DNA from: a virus
Lineage: Duplodnaviria > Caudoviricetes
Direction: 5' to 3' (one strand)
IMG/VR virus record: IMGVR_UViG_3300027659_000033
Coordinates: 1-63,887 of that record
DNA: 63,887 nucleotides
Within the stretch, counting starts at the first letter, position 1. Each line of letters begins with the position of its first letter. The position numbers were made by a program, and so were the translations under genes. Positions 1-7,687 of this stretch are shown piece after piece. The notes beneath the pieces were generated by a model. The model ran no database searches. It was not told the origin of the DNA and worked only from the letters and a program-made list of their open reading frames with translations.

Positions 1-1609
1 TAAAGTATCGGAAATACTGGTTTGCTGCAGCACCATAGAGACTGTTAAGAAGAATCTTTAAACACATTTGACGATTACTCGATCGGTCAATCTCAGTTTG
101 AAGGGTGTGATATCGCGCAGACTTTTTATCAGTAACTTCAGCTTCCTTCTCATAGTCAAGCATTTGTCGCTTTACTACAACTCGTTGATTGTATAGTTCT
201 TCAATAATTTCTGGGAGAATGCCTTGTTTGTCACGCCGAAAGCATGCACCATTTGCCGCAACTGCTAGGTTATCCTCTGGCGCCCAAACCTGTTCAGAGG
301 TTAGAATCTTATCCTCACCTCCGTTTTGAAGTGACGCAACTTTCATATGAGGCACAATCGTTTCAGGACTCATGTTATACTGAATAATGAGGTTAGGATA
401 TAGACTGTTAAGGTCAAAGCTCATAACCCATTCATGCCTGCCAATATGCGGATCTTTGACAAACCCGCCAGCATAGTCTGTTTTAAACGATCGTGAGTTT
501 GGTGGAATCGCAATTTTTCGACTCGCAAGTTTTCTAAAGATGATGCTGTCCCAAATTGCAACTGTGCCTAGCGTGTCACCGTAGTTTACACCACCGAAAT
601 ACGCGAGGGTAAACGCAAGGTTGATGAGACCTAGTTTCGCTTCTAACCGTTCAATAAGTTCAATATCAACAATGTTATAGTCAATGAATTTTTGGTAGTT
701 CTTCTCATACAACTCAGTGAGCGTGCCATATTCGCTATAGTCGATTTTATTTTGACCAAGCACAACCTCAGCAATAAAGTCTAGGCGATAAGACTCTTGT
801 GCACCATATGTATTTGCCGCAAACTTTTTAAAGAGGTCAAGATAGTCTAGTTGTTGAATGCCATATAGGTTATAAAGAAAGTTTTCTTTGCCCTTAATTA
901 CGACTGCTTTTTGTTCAACATAATTCCATGGAGACATCTTTTTCGCGTCATCTTGGCCAAGCACCCGAGAAATACGATTGACAAGATATGGAATATCAAA
1001 CAGACGAATGTTCCACCCAGTAATAACATCTGGCGCGTTTAAGGGGTCTGACCACCAAGACAAAAAATCAATCAACAATTCAGCCTCGCTGTCAAATTGT
1101 CTAAACTCTTTTTTAAGGTGGGGAATGCTTGATTGCGACGGGTCATATTCTTTTAATCCCCAAACAATATAGTGATCGAGTCGACTGCTCTTAAGACCAA
1201 TTGCGGTAATCGGTTGGTCTGCTATAGACGGTTCTGGAAAGCCGTTGTCAGACTTACACTCAATGTCAAGAGAGACGACGTCAATCTTTTTAGAGTTATA
1301 CTTAATTTCGTTTGGAAACTCTGCCTGAATAAAAGCAGGTATATGACGATCATTTCCATAAATTTTAAAATTGTCTATTCCTTCGTAACTTTTAGTAAAT
1401 GCTCGACACTCAGACATGCTGTCAAAGCGCATTGGCTCAAGTGGCAATCCGTCGAGAGAACGCCATTTAGCATTGCTGTCTTTACTTTCAAGATACATAA
1501 CAGGCCGGAACCTGTATGTGGTATAGATTTTTTGCCCGTCTTCATCATACCCTCGATATAGGAGAGTATTCATTTTTCGTTCAATGCAAGTATAGAATCC
1601 GTTAATCAT
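1..1609 (-). CDS. gp43: DNA polymerase, family B (T4 gp43), N-terminal part; runs off the left edge (absent from ORF track)
   Basis: Manual translation from ATG 1609 gives MINGFYTCIERKMNTLLYRGYDEDG. PolB motifs SFDLNSLYPNLIIQYNMSPET (~360-430) and KILLNSLYGAAANQYFRYF (~2-58) are present. Confidence 0.96.
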   Translation of the reverse strand, partial: MINGFYTCIERKMNTLLYRGYDEDGQKIYTTYRFRPVMYLESKDSNAKWRSLDGLPLEPMRFDSMSECRAFTKSYEGIDNFKIYGNDRHIPAFIQAEFPNEIKYNSKKIDVVSLDIECKSDNGFPEPSIADQPITAIGLKSSRLDHYIVWGLKEYDPSQSSIPHLKKEFRQFDSEAELLIDFLSWWSDPLNAPDVITGWNIRLFDIPYLVNRISRVLGQDDAKKMSPWNYVEQKAVVIKGKENFLYNLYGIQQLDYLDLFKKFAANTYGAQESYRLDFIAEVVLGQNKIDYSEYGTLTELYEKNYQKFIDYNIVDIELIERLEAKLGLINLAFTLAYFGGVNYGDTLGTVAIWDSIIFRKLASRKIAIPPNSRSFKTDYAGGFVKDPHIGRHEWVMSFDLNSLYPNLIIQYNMSPETIVPHMKVASLQNGGEDKILTSEQVWAPEDNLAVAANGACFRRDKQGILPEIIEELYNQRVVVKRQMLDYEKEAEVTDKKSARYHTLQTEIDRSSNRQMCLKILLNSLYGAAANQYFRYF

Positions 1610-1617
1610 GTAAGATC

Positions 1618-1646
1618 ATTATACCACAAACCGGCAAAGATGTAAA
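1618..1646 (-). promoter_or_regulatory. Early sigma70-type promoter for gp43
   Basis: TTTACA-N17-TATAAT with TG extended -10; ATG 8 nt downstream. Confidence 0.8.
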
Positions 1647-1666
1647 CAACAATCTTTGCCGGTTTG
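1627..1666. terminator. 15-bp perfect inverted repeat; probable hsp20 terminator overlapping the gp43 promoter
   Basis: caaaccggcaaagat-gtaaacaaca-atctttgccggtttg. Confidence 0.6.
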
Positions 1667-1684
1667 ATGTTTATGTATGTTTAT

Positions 1685-2089
1685 TTATGCTATTGTTATT
1701 TTGCGTGGTTTCTTTTCATCCGGAACTTGTCTCTCGAGCGAGACAGACAAGATTCCATTTTGCAGAGAAGCGTCGTTTACGACAACATGCTCTGCAAGGG
1801 TGAAACGACGAGAGAATTTGCGAGCACTAATTCCTCTGTGTGCATACTCCCTTTCGTCTTTTTCCGACTTTTCACCAGTGATCACTAGTGAGTTTTCTAT
1901 CGTTTCGATGTCGAGTTCAGAGTTATCAAATCCAGCGACTGCCAATTCAATGACATACTGGTCTTCCGATAGTTTAACCACGTTATGTGGTGGATAAACA
2001 TTCAGATTTTCTCTTTGAACTGTATCAAACTCTTGAAAGAGTTGATCGAACCCAATACCAAACGGCCTATACATTGTACTTATTTTCAT
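1685..2089 (-). CDS. hsp20: Small heat-shock protein (Hsp20/IbpA-like)
   Basis: YPPHNVVK, IELAVAGF, HRGISARKFSRRFTL, GILSVSLER..P..KKPRKI; typical of T4-like phages. Confidence 0.95.
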   Translation of the reverse strand: MKISTMYRPFGIGFDQLFQEFDTVQRENLNVYPPHNVVKLSEDQYVIELAVAGFDNSELDIETIENSLVITGEKSEKDEREYAHRGISARKFSRRFTLAEHVVVNDASLQNGILSVSLERQVPDEKKPRKITIA

Positions 2090-2097
2090 TTTTGTTT

Positions 2098-2113
2098 CTC
2101 CTAATTAAGCGAG
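2098..2113 (-). promoter_or_regulatory. ROSE-like hairpin sequestering the hsp20 Shine-Dalgarno
   Basis: mRNA CUCGCU-UAAUU-AGGAG: UCGCU pairs with the SD leaving a bulged G. Confidence 0.55.
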
Positions 2114-2174
2114 TTTTATATGTTATCACAGACCCAATATTGGCATCCGCGGTGTTACCACTGTGGTAACACTA

Positions 2175-3092
2175 TTATTTATATTGAGGAAGTACAAATT
2201 CCTTAAAAGAAAGTAACTTTCGGCTAGAAATAATCTCGAAGAAAGTCTTTGCTTCTTCTGAATTTAATTTCTTATAGTCAAACGATACTTCTGAGTATAT
2301 AGGGCGATAGTGTAGAGTACGCTCCTTCGCAACCAAAAGTAACTGACCTGTAGTTACCATGTCAGATTTTTTAATATCACCCGTGCGTATAGGATTCATA
2401 AACTTATCATCATTTGGCTTTTGAGACATTGCCTCAAGAAACTCATATGGGTCAGCTATAACATTGTCGCGGAGATAATCATTAACAATTTCCCAACGAG
2501 TCTCTGAACTTTTGCGAGCATTAATGAGGTGGTCATCTTGTGCGTTTTTACTGTATCCTAAATTTGGCATATCAATGCCATGATTAGTGCGAACGCAATG
2601 GTCATCTGCTTTACTAATTTCTTTGAGTTTATAAACATACTTACGTGGGTTTTCCTTTGTAGAGTCTGCTTTTTTAATAGTAAATCCGCCTTCAAGAAGG
2701 TAACACGTCTCAGGATTAAAAATAAATGTTGCTCCGGCAAGCTCCTTATCAATTAGAAATTGAGCGGCATCTTTTGGAGTTTTTAGTCGCAAAGCATTAC
2801 GAATAGCAAGGCCGTCAGGAGAGACGATTGCTTTCTTTTTCTTTGCATTTTTACTAAGTACCTTTTCTCCTTCTTTCTCGTCACTCTTGACACTAAATGA
2901 AGCTGATATAATTGACAGTCCGTATTCGTTTACGCCTTCTGTCCATCGAGTAGTTTGATCATCAATAAAGAGGCGTTGTATGCCACCACGGTTTGAGTTT
3001 ACAACCTTTATAGAGGTCGAGTAATTTCTGTCGCGATTTTTAGCGCCGACCCAACCAAATTTCTTAATGTACTTTACTGCTACTACACACAT
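2175..3092 (-). CDS. Putative N-terminal-nucleophile (Cys) hydrolase, NRDE/TANGO2- or C45-like
   Basis: Begins MCVVAV..GAKNRDR, has EGVNEYGL and VRTNHG; late promoter at 3114-3121. Confidence 0.6.
   Translation of the reverse strand: MCVVAVKYIKKFGWVGAKNRDRNYSTSIKVVNSNRGGIQRLFIDDQTTRWTEGVNEYGLSIISASFSVKSDEKEGEKVLSKNAKKKKAIVSPDGLAIRNALRLKTPKDAAQFLIDKELAGATFIFNPETCYLLEGGFTIKKADSTKENPRKYVYKLKEISKADDHCVRTNHGIDMPNLGYSKNAQDDHLINARKSSETRWEIVNDYLRDNVIADPYEFLEAMSQKPNDDKFMNPIRTGDIKKSDMVTTGQLLLVAKERTLHYRPIYSEVSFDYKKLNSEEAKTFFEIISSRKLLSFKEFVLPQYK
2176..2183 (-). promoter_or_regulatory. T4-type late promoter upstream of hsp20
   Basis: TATAAATA overlapping the stop codon of the upstream ORF. Confidence 0.65.
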
Positions 3093-3113
3093 ATGAGATA
3101 ATTGCTATATTGT

Positions 3114-3121
3114 TATTTATA
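3114..3121 (-). promoter_or_regulatory. T4-type late promoter
   Basis: TATAAATA. Confidence 0.7.
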
Positions 3122-3132
3122 ATATAGTAGTT

Positions 3133-3819
3133 TTACCGACTAATAATTAATTTTCTTAAGCCATTTATCAAAGCTATGACAAATTTAGTACTCGTTGGTC
3201 CAGGCCATGGAAAACTTAATCCAATTACTCCAGTAGCAAATAACAATAACAGTCGCGTGCCATCTGTGCCAGCAAAGAGTGTTGATAGCGCAAAATTTCC
3301 TGAAAGTGCAGACAGCACATCAGAAAAGTCAAAGTCATAATGAAAGTCACCCGTAAATGACATATTCATCCAAATGTAGATTAACATACCCGCAACGGCA
3401 ACTCCAGCAATTTTCTTTAGTTTTGGATGATTTTGTAACCAGTCGTCAAGACCACGTAGGGCCTCTTCTGTCCATCGACCAATCTTACTTTTAGCAATAT
3501 ATTCAGCAATAGCCTTTTGTACTTGAGCGTATGCAGCATAGCCAGCCTTTACTGATTTCCACAGTTTGTTTAAGTCAAAACGTATAGAACTAAAAAATTT
3601 AAAGACCCTCGAGTCTTTAAACATAGTTATAATTTCCTGAACATCTGCTTTGGCAGCACTTGCCAATGTTTGTATAAAATCTAACTTTGACCGCACACCA
3701 GCCGTTAGATTAGACAATATTCCTTCGTCTAGGCTATTAGACTCAAATATAGTTATTGCCGAATAGTAGTCTGCTTCTTCTTGAAGAGAGTCTACCGAGT
3801 ATTGATTAAAACTTTTCAT
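3133..3819 (-). CDS. Hypothetical membrane protein with capsid-targeting-like N-terminus
   Basis: MKSFNQY..LQE start; hydrophobic segments IAGVAVAGMLIYIWMNM and LLLLFATGVIGLSFPW. Confidence 0.6.
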   Translation of the reverse strand: MKSFNQYSVDSLQEEADYYSAITIFESNSLDEGILSNLTAGVRSKLDFIQTLASAAKADVQEIITMFKDSRVFKFFSSIRFDLNKLWKSVKAGYAAYAQVQKAIAEYIAKSKIGRWTEEALRGLDDWLQNHPKLKKIAGVAVAGMLIYIWMNMSFTGDFHYDFDFSDVLSALSGNFALSTLFAGTDGTRLLLLFATGVIGLSFPWPGPTSTKFVIALINGLRKLIISR

Positions 3820-4253
3820 GCTTTTTTCTTAACGTTACCAATACTGTATTTTGAACGAAGGTCCCAATTAAACTTATCTTTGTGAGAGATAATTTTAATT
3901 TGTTTTAGACTTGTGGTGTCTTTTGCATGATCACGATTAACAATTTCAAGCAGTCCCCAGTCAGAAAGAAGAAGAGTAATTGTATTACGCCTACACATAT
4001 CATCATGTGTAAACGTTGATGGCTTACCATCTAACATAAAGAGTTCTTTAAAATGTACAATAAAGTAGCGCCCCTGCTTGTGCAAGATATGGCAACTTTG
4101 AAAGAGTACATTTTCTTCTCGCTTGGAGGAGACACCAATGCGAGAAAGAGTTTCTTTAATTTTTAAAAAATCATCCGGGTCATTTAAATACACCTCAAGC
4201 ATTTGAGGTGGTGACCAGCTTATAATATCTGTATGGGAAAAATTGTCATTCAT
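3816..4253 (-). CDS. regA: Translational repressor RegA
   Basis: DDFLKIKETLSRIGV, LFQSCHILHKQGRYFIVHFKELF; synteny with gp62. Confidence 0.96.
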   Translation of the reverse strand: MNDNFSHTDIISWSPPQMLEVYLNDPDDFLKIKETLSRIGVSSKREENVLFQSCHILHKQGRYFIVHFKELFMLDGKPSTFTHDDMCRRNTITLLLSDWGLLEIVNRDHAKDTTSLKQIKIISHKDKFNWDLRSKYSIGNVKKKA

Positions 4254-4265
4254 GATGCGATATTA

Positions 4266-4273
4266 TATTTATA
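4266..4273 (-). promoter_or_regulatory. T4-type late promoter upstream of regA
   Basis: TATAAATA. Confidence 0.55.
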
Positions 4274-4279
4274 ATATCG

Positions 4280-4504
4280 TCATCGTTTACTTTTATTAAC
4301 TGATCTAGCCCGGCGCCCACGCTTATTCTTCGCCCGCATTTTTGCTACTCGCTTTGGAGACAAATTTTTCTTTCCGGTTGACATTCTAAATCCACCAGCC
4401 ATCATGCGCTTTATAAACTTTGCTGGATCAATCTGAAGTCTTTCGATTGGGGTGTCTGATAATACTTCAGCTTCAATTACTTTTTCGTGTGTTTCCTCCG
4501 ACAT
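4280..4504 (-). CDS. Hypothetical protein with a highly basic C-terminus
   Basis: Fills the gap between gp62 and regA; ends KRVAKMRAKNKRGRRARSVNKSKR. Confidence 0.6.
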   Translation of the reverse strand: MSEETHEKVIEAEVLSDTPIERLQIDPAKFIKRMMAGGFRMSTGKKNLSPKRVAKMRAKNKRGRRARSVNKSKR

Positions 4505-4925
4505 CTCTCTTGTTTTTTAGTTGTGTTAGTTGTGTTTGTGTAAATAGATGGAATACTGCTCGTGCTTTTTCAGCACTATAGGAGTATTCATCCATTATAC
4601 ATTTTATATATTCAGAATCATCTGACTTTTTTGCCCATTTACTAAAGCGTTTACGTGGGCGTATGCAATGTTTGAGAAAATCATATTGCATCTTATGTGG
4701 CAAGAATGCGCGTTGATTCATCTCATTTGCAAATAACACTGTATCATTAAAATAAGACAGGCCCCGATTGACTATAAACGGCACATATTGCTTGTCCAGG
4801 TTGTTATGGTCGAGGCCTTCGCTGTTGTCGGCGCGCGAGACCTCTAACAAATTTTTACCACTTTGACCTTCATTAATACTGTTAATAAAGTCAAATGGCG
4901 AGAGTTTTTTATTTTCTACACCCAT
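4473..4925 (-). CDS. gp62: Clamp loader small subunit
   Basis: SPFDFINSI, YVPFIVNRGLSYFNDTVLFANEMN, IRPRKRFSKW. Confidence 0.93.
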   Translation of the reverse strand: MGVENKKLSPFDFINSINEGQSGKNLLEVSRADNSEGLDHNNLDKQYVPFIVNRGLSYFNDTVLFANEMNQRAFLPHKMQYDFLKHCIRPRKRFSKWAKKSDDSEYIKCIMDEYSYSAEKARAVFHLFTQTQLTQLKNKRDVGGNTRKSN

Positions 4926-4957
4926 TCAATATTTCCCATTAGTTCTGTACGTTTCAT
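4916..4957 (-). CDS. 13-aa mini-ORF MKRTELMGNIEWV: orphaned original gp44 C-terminus, overlapping the gp62 start
   Basis: Manual translation; aligns with the current gp44 end TELLVNIEFK; ATG 6 nt after a TATAAT. Confidence 0.6.
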   Translation of the reverse strand: MKRTELMGNIEWV

Positions 4958-4963
4958 AATTGC

Positions 4964-4992
4964 ATTATAATATAGTTTTGTCATTTTGTAAA
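4964..4992 (-). promoter_or_regulatory. Early promoter driving the mini-ORF and gp62
   Basis: TTTACA-N17-TATAAT. Confidence 0.8.
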
Positions 4993-5002
4993 TAGAATTT
5001 TT

Positions 5003-5010
5003 TATAAATA
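5003..5010 (+). promoter_or_regulatory. Late promoter for the homing endonuclease
   Basis: TATAAATA on + strand, followed by an imperfect GC-rich hairpin (~5018-5049). Confidence 0.7.
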
Positions 5011-5076
5011 AAAGTATACCGACCGCGACATGTCCAGTGTCCGCCGGTTCTACACAGTACCAACTAAAGCACAATT

Positions 5077-5919
5077 ATGCAGCAATTAAAAATACTTATA
5101 CCTAAAGGATTGTCATGTACATCACCATTCTTCTATATCATCAAACACAAACTTAGCGAAAAATTATACGCTGGTTATTGTTCTTCACAGAAACATTGTA
5201 ACTCATCTAAGTTTATGTCTGAATATGGATATAAAACTTCATCTAAATATGTTAAAGAATTAATTAATAAAGATGGATTGACTTCATTTGAAATTATTAG
5301 AATTAGACATTTCCCAACCAGTTGTGATGCTATCAATTATGAATCGAGATTTCTTCATAAGATTAATGCAATGCATAATAATATTTTTATAAATCAAAAT
5401 AATGGTGGAAAAGAATTTAGATGTAAAGGGCATACTAAAGAATCTAGGGATAAAATGGGATTATCTAGGAAAGGATTAACACACTCTGATGAAACCAAAT
5501 TAAAAATGTCGATTTCTGGTAAAAAAAGATTTGAAGAAAACCCCGTGACAGATAAAACTAAGAAACTTTTATCTATTGCGATGAAAGGTAAAATAACATC
5601 AGATGAGACCAAGATGAAAATTAGTATTGCTGGTAAGGGGCGAGTAACTTCAGATGAAACTAAAAATAAACTTAGTATTAAACGAAAAGGAAAAAGGGGT
5701 CATTCCCAAACACAAGATACTAGGAGAAAACTCGCTGAAGCTGGCAGAAAAAGAAAAGGTGAAAAGCGATCAAGTATTACTAAACAAAGAATATCTGAAA
5801 AATGTAAGGGACGGCGATGGTGGAATGACGGCAGTAGTGTTAAAAGCTCTGTTGATTGCCCAGGTGAAGGTTGGTCATTAGGTAGGATGAAAGCATATGG
5901 ATGTGCTGCGAGAAATTAG
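5077..5919 (+). mobile_element. Free-standing GIY-YIG-like (Seg-type) homing endonuclease with NUMOD3 repeats
   Basis: FFYIIKH...LYAG N-domain; repeated (H/T)SDETKxKxS; C-terminal RWWNDG..CPGEGWSLGR; antisense to its neighbours. Confidence 0.85.
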
Positions 5920-5927
5920 AATATAAC

Positions 5928-6869
5928 TTATTTAAACTCAATATTCACTAGTAATTCGGTCATACATGCAACCATATTCAGCTCCTTGTCAGCCATAAAA
6001 CCGGACTTATAAGAATAGTCAGCGAGAATAAGAACTGCGGACGGAATGGATGAAGGAGCAACAACATCATACAACGAATCATATAGCTTACGAAATACGA
6101 CTGCACTGTCGAGTGTGCTGTTGTTAACAACCCATGATCTCATAGACTTAAAGTCTTTGGCTTTGAGGTGACGAGCCAATTCAGCAATGCTTTGATCTGA
6201 CATTCCAACCAAGATTGCAGTTGGAATCTCGCCGCTTGTGCTGTATCGTTGACACTCATTAAGTACTCGTCTCCAGTCTGGAGCATAGCGAATAATCAAC
6301 TCTGCAAGCGTTTGTTCATGATATTTGACACCTTCAGTCTTAAGAATAAACATTAGGCGCTTCATAAAGTCTCCGGCGAGAGATGCCAATGACTTTTTAG
6401 TAGTGTTAAACTCAATTACCGAACACCTACTATGTAGTGGTTCAATAATCTTGTTTTTAAAGTTACATGTTAAGATAAATCTACAATTGTTACTAAACTC
6501 TTCAATAAACCCACGAAGTGCAGGCATTGTGCTTTGTGGATTGAGATAATCAGCCTCGTCGAGAATAACTACCTTATACCCTCCATTCAATGACACTGTT
6601 GAAGCAAACTGCTTAATCTTATTTCGCAAGACGTCAATACCACTCTCTTCAGAGCCATTGATTAGTATATAATCAAGGTTCAATTCCGCGCATAGCGCGC
6701 GGGCAACAGTGGTTTTCCCCAGTCCAGCGGAACCCGCCAACAATAGGTTAGGGAGTTGACCTCCCTGTACCATTTCGTTAAACGTTTTCTTTAGTTCCGC
6801 TGGGAGAACACATTCATCAATCTTTTGCGGTCTGTATTTTTCGACCCATACCCACTCATCAGTTTTCAT
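5928..6869 (-). CDS. gp44: Clamp loader large subunit (AAA+)
   Basis: WVEKYRP, GSAGLGKTT, ILDEADYL, SRC motif. Confidence 0.96.
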   Translation of the reverse strand: MKTDEWVWVEKYRPQKIDECVLPAELKKTFNEMVQGGQLPNLLLAGSAGLGKTTVARALCAELNLDYILINGSEESGIDVLRNKIKQFASTVSLNGGYKVVILDEADYLNPQSTMPALRGFIEEFSNNCRFILTCNFKNKIIEPLHSRCSVIEFNTTKKSLASLAGDFMKRLMFILKTEGVKYHEQTLAELIIRYAPDWRRVLNECQRYSTSGEIPTAILVGMSDQSIAELARHLKAKDFKSMRSWVVNNSTLDSAVVFRKLYDSLYDVVAPSSIPSAVLILADYSYKSGFMADKELNMVACMTELLVNIEFK

Positions 6870-6880
6870 ATATGACTATA

Positions 6881-7135
6881 TTATACCAAAGTGATTTGTT
6901 TGTACACACTTTTAATTTCTGCAGCTTCATTTTCAAACTGAGCTGCAGTTTTCTTATGGTATAATTTAGCAACCTTGCGAATTAGCGGTTTTGGCAAATC
7001 AAAGGCGTCTGCAGTTGCAGAAATAATTTCTTTGATAGCATCTCGGCTGTCATCCATTTTAGATAGTTCATCCGAGATTTCGCGAATTGCGCCAAGCAAC
7101 TCCATTTTAGTCTTATCGTCTTCAATTTCAATCAT
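6881..7135 (-). CDS. dsbA: dsDNA-binding protein, DsbA-like
   Basis: PKPLIRKVAKLYHKKTAAQFENE resembles the T4 DsbA C-terminal half. Confidence 0.7.
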   Translation of the reverse strand: MIEIEDDKTKMELLGAIREISDELSKMDDSRDAIKEIISATADAFDLPKPLIRKVAKLYHKKTAAQFENEAAEIKSVYKQITLV

Positions 7136-7141
7136 AATATA

Positions 7142-7375
7142 TTATTTTTCCCCAAAATATAGCGCATATGCAATAAATACCGCACACACCCAAAAACCCA
7201 ATGCATAGATAAAGGTCATGATGGGACTGTTGGCCCGTCTCTTAGACGACGCTACACCTGCCATTCCGCCCTTGGGATTCATGTATTGTAACCACAGCAG
7301 CGCTCTTCCAGGAAACGCAAATAGTTCATATAGAATGCTGCCGCCACCAGTCCCATCAAGCCTATCTTTTGCCAT
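7142..7375 (-). CDS. Hypothetical small membrane protein
   Basis: C-terminal hydrophobic helix FIYALGFWVCAVFIAYALYF. Confidence 0.65.
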   Translation of the reverse strand: MAKDRLDGTGGGSILYELFAFPGRALLWLQYMNPKGGMAGVASSKRRANSPIMTFIYALGFWVCAVFIAYALYFGEK

Positions 7376-7379
7376 ATTA

Positions 7380-7676
7380 TTATTCAGTTACGGTATCAAC
7401 ACCTTCTCCTTCAACGAATTCAAACTTAAGTTGGTTTTCACCTTCCAATTCGCTTGATGTATTTGAAGTTTCAGCAACTTCTGGTGAAGCTGCTTCAGGA
7501 TCTTCCTGTGCAGGGATATATGTCTTTAGCTTTTCAAAGAGTGATCCCACGAGTTTAAATTCACTCGCTTCAAAGCCGCCACGGCGAGACACTGTAGCAA
7601 TAATGTTGTGCATCAAAACGAGATCTCCAAGAATGATTTCGTTTCCGTTTGTTTGTTCAGTTGTTTGTTCTTCCAT
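7380..7676 (-). CDS. Hypothetical protein
   Basis: In operon; IIATVSRRGGFEASEFKLVG motif, acidic tail. Confidence 0.7.
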   Translation of the reverse strand: MEEQTTEQTNGNEIILGDLVLMHNIIATVSRRGGFEASEFKLVGSLFEKLKTYIPAQEDPEAASPEVAETSNTSSELEGENQLKFEFVEGEGVDTVTE

Positions 7677-7687
7677 AGTATTATATA

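Noticed and set aside
978-1561. + strand ORFs 978..1172 and 1172..1561
   Set aside because: Antisense shadows of gp43, which the track missed because it has no stop in the window
4958-5960. Group I intron interrupting gp44
   Set aside because: gp44 has its own complete C-terminus and stop, the endonuclease is antisense, and too little non-coding sequence remains for an intron core
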